The notes beneath the pieces are model-generated. The model did not search any database and had not been told where the DNA came from. It saw only the letters and a list, made by a program, of their open reading frames with translations. The position numbers and the translations under genes are program-made. A stretch of 64,000 nt of DNA, taken from the NCBI GenBank assembly GCA_043811535.1, contig JBDRNC010000008.1:32001-96000 (forward strand), read 5' to 3'. Shown here one piece after another: positions 20,128 through 27,450 of this stretch (position 1 is the stretch's first letter; every line of letters begins with the position of its first letter). The DNA is from Elusimicrobiota bacterium. GTDB lineage: Bacteria > Elusimicrobiota > Endomicrobiia > Endomicrobiales > JBDRNC01.

Positions 20128-21523
20128 GATTGCCCTGATTTTTCTCGCGATTTGCTTTTTCCCGGATTTTCCGCTTGCCGCGGCCGCGCGCGGCGGCATG
20201 CGCCAGGTTTCCTGCATTGTGCATATCCAGTCATCATTCAGCGGGAAATCAACCGAATCTTTCAGCGATATCCTGAAACAAAGCCGGGCGCTGGGCATTG
20301 ACGCCGTGGTTTTCAACGAAAAAGACATGATGAGATGGGAATACGGCCTGTGGCCGTTCCGCAACATCATGAAAAGAACCGTCCAGGACAACTCGGTGCT
20401 CCTGCTCGGCCCCGCAAGATACCTCGGCGCCATGAAAAACGCAAGCCGGGATTTTCCTGATATGGTTGTCATCCCGGGCGTCGAGTCGGCCCCGTTTTAC
20501 TGCTGGAAAGGAAATCCGCTTGCCGGCAATCTTCAACTGCTCGGCTGGCACAAGCACATGCTTGTCATAGGCATGGAAAAACCCGAGGACTACGAAAACC
20601 TGCCGCTTGTCTCCAATCCGAAAGCAGGCGCTTTCAATCTGCTCATGTTCTGGCCCCTTGCGGTTATCGCGGGCGGGATGATTCTCAGAAAAAGAAGAAC
20701 GCTTGCCGCACTTCTTGTGTTTACCGGAACTCTGCTGCTGATAAACAATTATCCTTTCAGGTATTTCGAATTCAGCCAGTATTCCCACGGTTACGGGGAA
20801 AAGCCCTATCAGAAGCTCATTGATTACGTTGATAAGAAAGGCGGATTGACTTTCTGGGCTCATCCCGAAGCGGTCAACTGGGAAACTCCGAGAAGATTCG
20901 GAAGCATCACGGTTTCAACCCAGCGATACCCTCAAAGCATTTTGGACACAGTTGGCTGCACCGGTTTCGCTATTTTCTCGCAGGGATGGCGCGAGGCGGG
21001 AAAACCCGGCGGGTACTGGGACCAGGCCCTTGCCGAATACTGCGGGGGATTCAGGGAAAAACCCGTTTGGGCCATAGGCGAGATCGATTACGACGCGAAC
21101 TCATACCCTCTTAACCAGATACAGAACATACTCTGGGTCAAGGAGAAAACAAAAGAAGCGGTCCTTCAATCGCTGAAGAACGGCAATTATTACGTAACGT
21201 GGCGCAACATGAAATGGGGCTTCAAACTCAGCGGTTTTTCGCTTTCCAGCGGCAGGAACAAAGCCGTGTGCGGCGAAGAGATCAAATACGCCGGTCCGGT
21301 CCGCGCGCGCATGGTCATTACCGCGACGGATTCCCAAAAGCATAAAACCACGGTGAGAATAATCCGCAACGGGAAAGTGGATAAATTGATAATCGCCCAA
21401 ACGCCGGTTGAAATAGTATACGAAGACAGCGAAAAACTTCCGGATCAGATGAATTTCTACAGGTTCATGATAGAAGGCGGCTATCCGATACTGGCGACCA
21501 ATCCGGTGTTTGTAAAGCGATGA
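20108..21523 (+). CDS. Exported PHP-like (degenerate) protein with internal TM hairpin
   Basis: Signal peptide, VHIQS, IPGVE, HMLVIG, WAHPE resemble the PHP fold; two internal hydrophobic helices. Confidence 0.6.
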   Translation: MKTFCVRIALIFLAICFFPDFPLAAAARGGMRQVSCIVHIQSSFSGKSTESFSDILKQSRALGIDAVVFNEKDMMRWEYGLWPFRNIMKRTVQDNSVLLLGPARYLGAMKNASRDFPDMVVIPGVESAPFYCWKGNPLAGNLQLLGWHKHMLVIGMEKPEDYENLPLVSNPKAGAFNLLMFWPLAVIAGGMILRKRRTLAALLVFTGTLLLINNYPFRYFEFSQYSHGYGEKPYQKLIDYVDKKGGLTFWAHPEAVNWETPRRFGSITVSTQRYPQSILDTVGCTGFAIFSQGWREAGKPGGYWDQALAEYCGGFREKPVWAIGEIDYDANSYPLNQIQNILWVKEKTKEAVLQSLKNGNYYVTWRNMKWGFKLSGFSLSSGRNKAVCGEEIKYAGPVRARMVITATDSQKHKTTVRIIRNGKVDKLIIAQTPVEIVYEDSEKLPDQMNFYRFMIEGGYPILATNPVFVKR

Positions 21524-21530
21524 ATACGAC

Positions 21531-21586
21531 GATTACACAGATTTCAAACGAAGATTACACGGATAGCAAACGAAGATTACACAGAT
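21531..21586 (+). repeat. Orphan GATTACAC 22-bp-period array (3 units)
   Basis: GATTACACRGAT at 21531, 21553, 21575. Confidence 0.9.
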
Positions 21587-21604
21587 ACGTCATTCTGATG
21601 TTGC

Positions 21605-21680
21605 TGTCATCCCCGAAATCCGTAATCGGGGAACCACTTTCACGGAAACTTGGATTCCCCGGTTAAACCGGGGAATGACA
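21605..21680. repeat. Bipartite palindromic element TGTCATCCCCG...CCGGGGAATGACA
   Basis: Terminal IR TGTCAT/ATGACA and two internal hairpins; left-half copy at 25934-25960. Confidence 0.75.
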
Positions 21681-21755
21681 AACTTAGGCTTGAATGTATG
21701 TTCTGTCGCAACGGTCTGATTTAGTCAGCAATAAGATGAAATATTTCGCGTTTTT

Positions 21756-21764
21756 TGTTATAAT
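21756..21764 (+). promoter_or_regulatory. Extended -10 promoter (TGTTATAAT) 6 nt before the ATG; candidate leaderless transcript
   Basis: TGnTATAAT, ATG at 21771, no Shine-Dalgarno between. Confidence 0.55.
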
Positions 21765-21770
21765 TTCTAT

Positions 21771-22451
21771 ATGATTTTGGCGGTGCATCAACCCCAGTAT
21801 CTGCCGTGGTTGGGATATTTTCACAAGATTGCCAATTGTGATCTTTTCATCTTTTTGGATGACGTCCAGTACAAGAAAAGAGAGTTCCAGAACAGGAATA
21901 AGATTAAAACGCCGAACGGCCCGCTCTGGCTCACGGTACCGGTCGCCACAAAGGGCAAATATTCGCAGAAAATTAGCGAGGTTACGATAGATAAAGAGAC
22001 CGGATGGAACAATGAACACTGGAAGTCCGTTGAGCATAATTACGCCCACGCGCGTTTTTTCAGCGAGCATAAAACTATTTTCAGCGATGTATACGGCATG
22101 AAGTGGGACAAACTTATAGATCTCTCCATGAAAATAATCGAAAACACTCTTTCATATCTTGACATCAAAACACCCTGCAAGATGTCGTCGGAATACGGCG
22201 TAACATCCTCCTCAACCCAGAGAATCATAGACCTGTGTAAGAAAACCGGCGCCGATACTTATCTCTCGGGTGCCGGCGGCAGGGAATACATGGATGAAAA
22301 ACTCTTTACTGACAACAATATCCGGCTCACATATCAGGACTACAAGCATCCGGAATATGAACAGCTGCACGGAAAATTTGAGCCGTATCTGTCGGTAATA
22401 GACCTGCTGATGAACTGCGGCCCGCAAAGCCGCGGAATTTTACTGGGTTGA
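21771..22451 (+). CDS. WbqC-like family protein
   Basis: HQPQYLPWLGYFHKI, DDVQY, NRNKI, WLTVP, YLSG.GG..Y, LSVIDLL.N.G. Confidence 0.92.
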   Translation: MILAVHQPQYLPWLGYFHKIANCDLFIFLDDVQYKKREFQNRNKIKTPNGPLWLTVPVATKGKYSQKISEVTIDKETGWNNEHWKSVEHNYAHARFFSEHKTIFSDVYGMKWDKLIDLSMKIIENTLSYLDIKTPCKMSSEYGVTSSSTQRIIDLCKKTGADTYLSGAGGREYMDEKLFTDNNIRLTYQDYKHPEYEQLHGKFEPYLSVIDLLMNCGPQSRGILLG

Positions 22452-22468
22452 TATATCCGTTCCCGACT

Positions 22469-22494
22469 GTAGCCGGCACTTAAGTGCCGGCTAC
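22469..22494. repeat. Perfect 26-bp GTAG-type REP-like palindrome
   Basis: GTAGCCGGCACTTAAGTGCCGGCTAC; relatives at 29640 and 45067. Confidence 0.85.
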
Positions 22495-22515
22495 CAACGA
22501 ATATACAGGATTGGA

Positions 22516-22977
22516 ATGAACAGATTCCTAAGAAAAGAATACGAAAAAACAAGGAAACTGCCGGCGCCGAAGATGCTTATCAAGCTGATCGGCTGGATTT
22601 TCCCGTTTTCCATGCCCTGCAAGATAAGGCCCTGGCTGCTGCGCGTGGCGGGAGCGAACATCGGGAAACACATATTCATCGGCAGAATGTGCGTCATAGA
22701 CGATAATTTCACGGAACTGCTCACGATCGAGGATGACGTCATTATCTCATACGGGGCGATGATCTTCTGCCACGACAGGTCCAAACCAGAAACTGTTTTG
22801 GGACCGGTTGTGCTTAAAAAAGGATGTTATCTCGGATTCGGCTGCCTTGTCCTTCCCGGAGTAACGGTTGGAGAAAACGCTATTGTGGGCGCCGGAGCGG
22901 TGGTCACTAAAGATGTCCCTCCGGGAGTAACAGTTGTCGGAATACCGGCAAGCCCCATAAAAGCTGGTAAGCCTTAA
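22516..22977 (+). CDS. Hexapeptide-repeat (left-handed beta-helix) acyltransferase
   Basis: GANIGKHIFIG, VLPGVTVGENAIVGAGAVVTKDVP, GIPA. Confidence 0.88.
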   Translation: MNRFLRKEYEKTRKLPAPKMLIKLIGWIFPFSMPCKIRPWLLRVAGANIGKHIFIGRMCVIDDNFTELLTIEDDVIISYGAMIFCHDRSKPETVLGPVVLKKGCYLGFGCLVLPGVTVGENAIVGAGAVVTKDVPPGVTVVGIPASPIKAGKP

Positions 22978-22988
22978 GTATTGCTATG

Positions 22989-23045
22989 ATTTGGATTTTG
23001 TTTTTTTGAGCTTATTTAGTGTTTAGAACTTAGTATTTAGTGTTT
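22989..23045. repeat. Heptamer (TATTTAG-like) array, single right arm
   Basis: Close to the reverse complement of 49221-49276; shares TTTTGAGCTTATTTAGT with the arm at ~49315. Confidence 0.75.
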
Positions 23046-23054
23046 GAGGTAATT

Positions 23055-23855
23055 ATGTACGAAAAATACTGGAGCTTTAAAGAAAAACCGTTTGAGAACA
23101 CGCCGGACCCTAAATTCCTCTACAGTTCTCCGCAGCACGAGGAAGGGCTGAACCGCATGCTTTACGTCGTAAGGGAAAGCAAAGGCGCCGGGCTTCTCAC
23201 GGGCGTTTACGGCTGCGGAAAAACGCTTTTGGCGCGCGCCCTGATGAAAGAGCTTGAAATTTCAGTATATAAGGTCGCCCTCCTTACAAACCCGCGCCTT
23301 GACGACATTGAAATGCTGAGGATGATAACCCACCATCTCGGGCTGGCCGAACCTCCGGTAAGAAAAGCGGATGTGCTGATAGCGCTTGAAAAGATACTCC
23401 AGAACAACATGAATGACGGAAAAAAAACCGTTGTCGTGATAGACGAAGCCCACGCGATAGAAGACAGGAGCATTTTTGAGGAAATAAGATTGCTGCTTAA
23501 TTTCCAACATGCCGATAAATTTCTGCTCACGCTGATACTGCTGGGCCAGCCGGAACTGAAAGATATAATAGAAGGGAACAAACAGTTGAACCAGCGCATC
23601 GCGATGAGGTATTATCTTGACAACCTGGACGCGTCTGAGACGGATCATTATATAAAACACAGGCTTAAAGTTGTGGGAAGCAATTCCGACATATTTACCC
23701 AAAAAGCCATCGATTTGATACACGAGCGTTCGGGCGGCATTCCGAGAAGGATAAACCAGCTTTGCGACTCGTCGCTTCTGACCGGATACGGCAAAGAAGC
23801 GGATATAATTGACGATGAGATAGTGGAAGAGACGATAAGAAGTTTATCTTTATAA
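23055..23855 (+). CDS. ExeA/GspA-like AAA ATPase
   Basis: MY..YW...EKPF.NTPDP.F, Walker A GVYGCGKT, IDEAH, LLGQPEL, SGGIPRRIN.LCD; ATG at 23055 behind GAGG. Confidence 0.9.
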   Translation: MYEKYWSFKEKPFENTPDPKFLYSSPQHEEGLNRMLYVVRESKGAGLLTGVYGCGKTLLARALMKELEISVYKVALLTNPRLDDIEMLRMITHHLGLAEPPVRKADVLIALEKILQNNMNDGKKTVVVIDEAHAIEDRSIFEEIRLLLNFQHADKFLLTLILLGQPELKDIIEGNKQLNQRIAMRYYLDNLDASETDHYIKHRLKVVGSNSDIFTQKAIDLIHERSGGIPRRINQLCDSSLLTGYGKEADIIDDEIVEETIRSLSL

Positions 23856-23861
23856 GATTTT

Positions 23862-24010
23862 AACATCCATCCTCCCCTTCGATAATAGGGGGAAGCACAG
23901 TGTGCTTCCCCACTGGGATGTTCGTAGATGGGGGTGCCGGAGGAACGAGGTGGGGATGGAAAGAAAATAATCGTCACCCCCATCCCAACCTTCCCCCGTC
24001 AAGGGGGAAG
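23862..24010. repeat. Composite CCTCCCC/GGGGAGG palindromic element, copy 1
   Basis: 23862-23958 matches 30661-30757 with one mismatch, followed by a CCTTCCCCC..GGGGGAAG hairpin. Confidence 0.9.
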
Positions 24011-24034
24011 AAGATAGGTAGAACGGAGATAATC

Positions 24035-24658
24035 ATGAAAATTCTAGCAATCGGCGCGCATCCTGACGACCTTGAATACGGCTGCGGGGGAACTCTCGTA
24101 AAGCTTTCCCGCCTGGGGCATGAGATACATCTGCTTGTCATGACAAGGGGAGAGATGGGGGGCAAACCGGAATTGCGCCAGACAGAACAGGAGAAAGCGG
24201 CAAAATTCATCAAAGCGAAGCTTTACTGGGGCAGGTTCCAGGACACGCAAATACCGCTGGAAAAAGAAACGATAAACACTTTGGAATTTTTCATCAAGAA
24301 AATCTGCCCGGATCTTATCTTCTGCCTTTTCCCTAACGATACCCATCAGGACCATAGGATAGTGGCCCAGGCCACGATAACAGCGACGCGCTATATTCAT
24401 AACGTGCTGTTCTATGAAGTGCCTACGTCCGTCGATTTCGGGCCGGCCAGCGTTTTTGTGGATATAGGGTCAGTTATCCAGCAAAAACTTACGCTGCTTA
24501 AGATCCACAAATCCCAGGTATTCAAAACGCGCGTAGCCAACCTTACTATTCTGGAAAGCTCAAAGGCATCCGCGCTGTTCCGCGGATTGCAGAACCGCGT
24601 TAAATACGCGGAGGGTTTCGTGCCGCTTAGAGTCAACCTGACAACAAAATGGATATAA
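24035..24658 (+). CDS. PIG-L/LmbE family deacetylase
   Basis: AIGAHPDDLEYGCGG, TRGE, R..E, DTHQDH; the ORF-track N-terminal extension is translated repeat DNA. Confidence 0.9.
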   Translation: MKILAIGAHPDDLEYGCGGTLVKLSRLGHEIHLLVMTRGEMGGKPELRQTEQEKAAKFIKAKLYWGRFQDTQIPLEKETINTLEFFIKKICPDLIFCLFPNDTHQDHRIVAQATITATRYIHNVLFYEVPTSVDFGPASVFVDIGSVIQQKLTLLKIHKSQVFKTRVANLTILESSKASALFRGLQNRVKYAEGFVPLRVNLTTKWI

Positions 24659-24661
24659 TAA

Positions 24662-24742
24662 CATTCCCGCATCGGTCCGCCGCGGCGGACGGGAATGGGA
24701 AATTTCAAAATCCCCCTGTATCCCCCTTTAGAAAAGGGGGAG
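24662..24742. repeat. Adjacent palindromes: CATTCCCG..CCGCCGCGGCGG..CGGGAATG and AAAATCCCCCTGTATCCCCCTTT..AAGGGGGA
   Basis: Direct reading; relatives at 29740-29773 and 32038-32069. Confidence 0.75.
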
Positions 24743-24767
24743 TGAGTATACAAAACGGAGCAACTAA

Positions 24768-25919
24768 TTGAATTCAAACGGTTCATTGCGTAAAGCATAT
24801 TACGTTCTCCTTTGCATCCTGCTTGTCATGCTTGTCCAGATGAAAGGCGGAAGGTGGGCCTGGACGTTCCAGGCGTGGGACCAGACATGGAACATCCGGT
24901 GGATATATGTGTTGTTCCTGTCTTTTATCTTTGCCCAGCTGCTTACGCCGGTTGCCATCAGGCTGGCGTGGTTCTTTAAAATACTTGATTATCCGGACGC
25001 AAGGAAATTGCACGGAAAACCGATGCCGAGGATAGGGGGGCTGGCGATATTTTTTGCCGTTATCTTCGCGACCGCTCGCAATTACCAGTTCTCGCCTGAA
25101 CTGCTCGGCCTGGTGACCGGCGGTTCAATAATATACATACTGGGATTCATCGACGATATACACCCGCTTCCGGCGACGCCGCGGCTTATTATCCAGATGC
25201 TCGCCTGTTTTGCCGTCATTAAAGGCGGGATAGTAATAACCGCTATCCCGAGTTACTGGCCCTTTGCCGAATATTTAAGAATTATCGTGACCGTTGTCTG
25301 GCTGATAGGGATAGCGAATGCCATCAATTTCCTCGACGGGGTTGACGGCCTTATTTCCGGAATGGTCGCCATAAGCGCGTTACTTTTCTTTTTTATCGCG
25401 TGGCCCACCAGGCAGAGCTACCTTGCCTATCTTGTCATAGCCGTCGCGGGCGCCTGCATCGGATTCCTGCCGTATAACTGGAAACCGGCCAAAACTTTCA
25501 TGGGCGACGCCGGCGCCACTTTCCTGGGTTTCATGGTGGCCGGCACGGCTATAATGGGCTCGTGGGCGCACAAAAACCCGATGGTCGCCATATCTACGCC
25601 CCTGCTTATTCTCGGCATACCCATCTTTGACATGATATACACGACCTTTTCAAGGATCAAAAACAGAAGAATCCATAATTTTAAACAATGGCTGGAATAC
25701 ACGGGCAGGGACCATTTCCATCACCGCTTGATGCATATCGGGCTTTCCGAAAAAAATACCGTGCTTTTTATCTGGATGCTGAACATCTGCCTCGGCATAG
25801 GAGCGGTAGTGATAAGGAACGCCGGGGCAATGAATTCAATATTCGTTCTGATACAATCCGCGATGATATTGCTGATTATTACGGTGCTTATGATAGTCGG
25901 AAGGGAAACGACAAAATGA
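24768..25919 (+). CDS. WecA/MraY-family undecaprenyl-phosphate HexNAc-1-phosphate transferase
   Basis: DYPDARKLH..P.PRIGG, GFIDD, NAINFLDGVDG, FMGDAG, HFHHRL. Confidence 0.9.
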   Translation: MNSNGSLRKAYYVLLCILLVMLVQMKGGRWAWTFQAWDQTWNIRWIYVLFLSFIFAQLLTPVAIRLAWFFKILDYPDARKLHGKPMPRIGGLAIFFAVIFATARNYQFSPELLGLVTGGSIIYILGFIDDIHPLPATPRLIIQMLACFAVIKGGIVITAIPSYWPFAEYLRIIVTVVWLIGIANAINFLDGVDGLISGMVAISALLFFFIAWPTRQSYLAYLVIAVAGACIGFLPYNWKPAKTFMGDAGATFLGFMVAGTAIMGSWAHKNPMVAISTPLLILGIPIFDMIYTTFSRIKNRRIHNFKQWLEYTGRDHFHHRLMHIGLSEKNTVLFIWMLNICLGIGAVVIRNAGAMNSIFVLIQSAMILLIITVLMIVGRETTK

Positions 25920-26065
25920 CGCCTCTACACGGCGTCATCCCCGAAGGTTGTAATCGGCGACCAACATTAACTTAATTTAATCGAAGTCCCCTTTCAAGGA
26001 GGATCCATTTTAACTCAAGAAAGCGAGCAAGTAAAAATCAATTAAATTGACGGAGGATCTGCATA

Positions 26066-26818
26066 ATGAAGAAAACGGCAAAATTAATCGTGATGATGTT
26101 GTTCTTTGCGGGCGCCGCGGAAGCGCGTATCAACATGTTTGAGCCCTGGCACCCGGGGCAGGATTCAAAGATCCGCAGCGAATTCTCTTTCCAGTACATC
26201 GGATCCGTTCTTTTCGGGGATAAACTGCAGGAGATCCCGTTCCAGCTGTCTTACACGGCCGGAAAAAATATCGAGGTCGGGGGAAGATGGGGAGTGAAGA
26301 ATTTTGACGGCCATTTCGGCATAAGCGACCTCCTGCTCGGCATGAAGTACGGTTTTCTGGAAGAAACTATCAACAAGCCCAGTGTGATAGGCGAGATCGG
26401 GTTTTCACTGCCTACCGCCGACCAGAACAACGGGCTCGGGACCGGTTCTGTCGGCCTGCTCCTTAACTGGGCCATAGAAAAAAGGATTGAAACTCTGACG
26501 GGCTACTTCGGGTTGGGCATGGCGATGTACTCCGAGAACAGCGACAAGGTTCAGTACGGGAATATTTTTTCATATCACGTAGGCGCAGGCTCACAGTACA
26601 ATAAACTCTTGCGGATACACATGGAATTCAAGGGTTTCAACCACGGAGCCGCAAAAACCGCGGGCATTCAGACTTTGGACAACTACCAGGAAATGTACCT
26701 CGCGCCCGGCGCGAATTACAACTGGACAAAACAGAACATGATACTTTCCGGCTCGCTCCTGTTCGGTCTCACGCCGGAATCGCACAAATTAGGATTTATT
26801 ATAAGCAGCAACTTTTAG
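26066..26818 (+). CDS. Predicted outer-membrane beta-barrel/transporter
   Basis: Signal peptide, alternating beta-strand pattern, DLLLGMKY, LPTAD...GLGTG, C-terminal Phe. Confidence 0.65.
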   Translation: MKKTAKLIVMMLFFAGAAEARINMFEPWHPGQDSKIRSEFSFQYIGSVLFGDKLQEIPFQLSYTAGKNIEVGGRWGVKNFDGHFGISDLLLGMKYGFLEETINKPSVIGEIGFSLPTADQNNGLGTGSVGLLLNWAIEKRIETLTGYFGLGMAMYSENSDKVQYGNIFSYHVGAGSQYNKLLRIHMEFKGFNHGAAKTAGIQTLDNYQEMYLAPGANYNWTKQNMILSGSLLFGLTPESHKLGFIISSNF

Positions 26819-26824
26819 TACAAC

Positions 26825-26925
26825 GATTACACCGATTTGAAACGAAGATTACACCGATTATCAACAACGATTTCACAGATTATATAAAGACGATTACACC
26901 GATAAACAACGAGATTACACTGATT
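26825..26925 (+). repeat. Left array: five 13-bp repeats with 8-10-bp variable spacers
   Basis: Units at 26825, 26847, 26869, 26892, 26913. Confidence 0.95.
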
Positions 26926-26945
26926 AACGACTGGGGGATATGCAG

Positions 26946-27314
26946 ATGAAGGAAACTGATCTTTTAACTGCAAAGATAATTGGCTGTTGTTTTAAAGTTC
27001 ACAGGGAGATTGGCCCGGGTTTCAATGAAAAAATATATCAAAATGCCCTGACAACTCTTTTCAATAAAGAGAACATTAATTACATAACGGAAAAGGAATA
27101 CGAAGTAAAGTACTTAAATGCTAGGATAGGAATATTTCGCGCAGATATAGTAGTTGAAGAGAAGGTAATAGTAGAGATAAAGGCGGTAACAGGAGATATC
27201 ACCAAGTTATTTGAAAAACAAGTTATTTCGTATTTAAAGTCGTCGGGGCATAAAATTGGGTTGTTGATAAATTTTGGCAATGAAAGCTGTCAGATAAAAA
27301 GACTTGTTAGTTAA
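26946..27314 (+). CDS. GxxExxY protein (PD-(D/E)XK nuclease-like family)
   Basis: VHREIGPGFNEKIY (GxxExxY), RADIVVE.KVIVEIK, Q..SYLK, GLLINFG; ATG 26946 has better RBS spacing than 26940. Confidence 0.92.
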   Translation: MKETDLLTAKIIGCCFKVHREIGPGFNEKIYQNALTTLFNKENINYITEKEYEVKYLNARIGIFRADIVVEEKVIVEIKAVTGDITKLFEKQVISYLKSSGHKIGLLINFGNESCQIKRLVS

Positions 27315-27432
27315 TCCGTGTTTTGGTTGTATCTGTGTAATCTGTCGTTAGTAATCTGCGCAATCGTCGTTCTTGTAATCTGTGTAATCGTAGTTTTTAT
27401 CTGTGTAATCTTCGTTAGAAATCGGTGTAATC
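27313..27432 (-). repeat. Right array: reverse-complement copies of the 13-bp repeat
   Basis: Units ending at 27342, 27365, 27389, 27410, 27432 plus a degenerate unit overlapping the GxxExxY stop codon. Confidence 0.95.
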
Positions 27433-27450
27433 TTTGTTCTAGGAGAGATA

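Larger units (their letters stand above)
26816..27441 (+). mobile_element. Putative GxxExxY cassette bounded by ~110-bp imperfect inverted repeat arrays
   Basis: Left array GATTACACMGATT x5, right array AATCKGTGTAATC x5; outer ends pair (TAGTACAACGATTAC / GTAATCTTTGTTCTA); mobility is inferred, not shown. Confidence 0.6.

Noticed and set aside
23900..24034. N-terminal extension of the PIG-L ORF
   Set aside because: Translated palindromic repeat DNA; the family starts at MKILAIGAHPDD with an RBS before 24035
26825..26925. TIGR-type guide array interpretation
   Set aside because: Only one repeat type with ~22-bp period rather than alternating edge/loop repeats, no box C/D motifs recognised, and the adjacent protein has no Nop domain
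26825..27432. CRISPR array interpretation of the GATTACAC repeats
   Set aside because: Repeats (13 bp) and spacers (~9 bp) are far too short, spacers resemble one another, arrays are inverted around a gene and no cas gene is present
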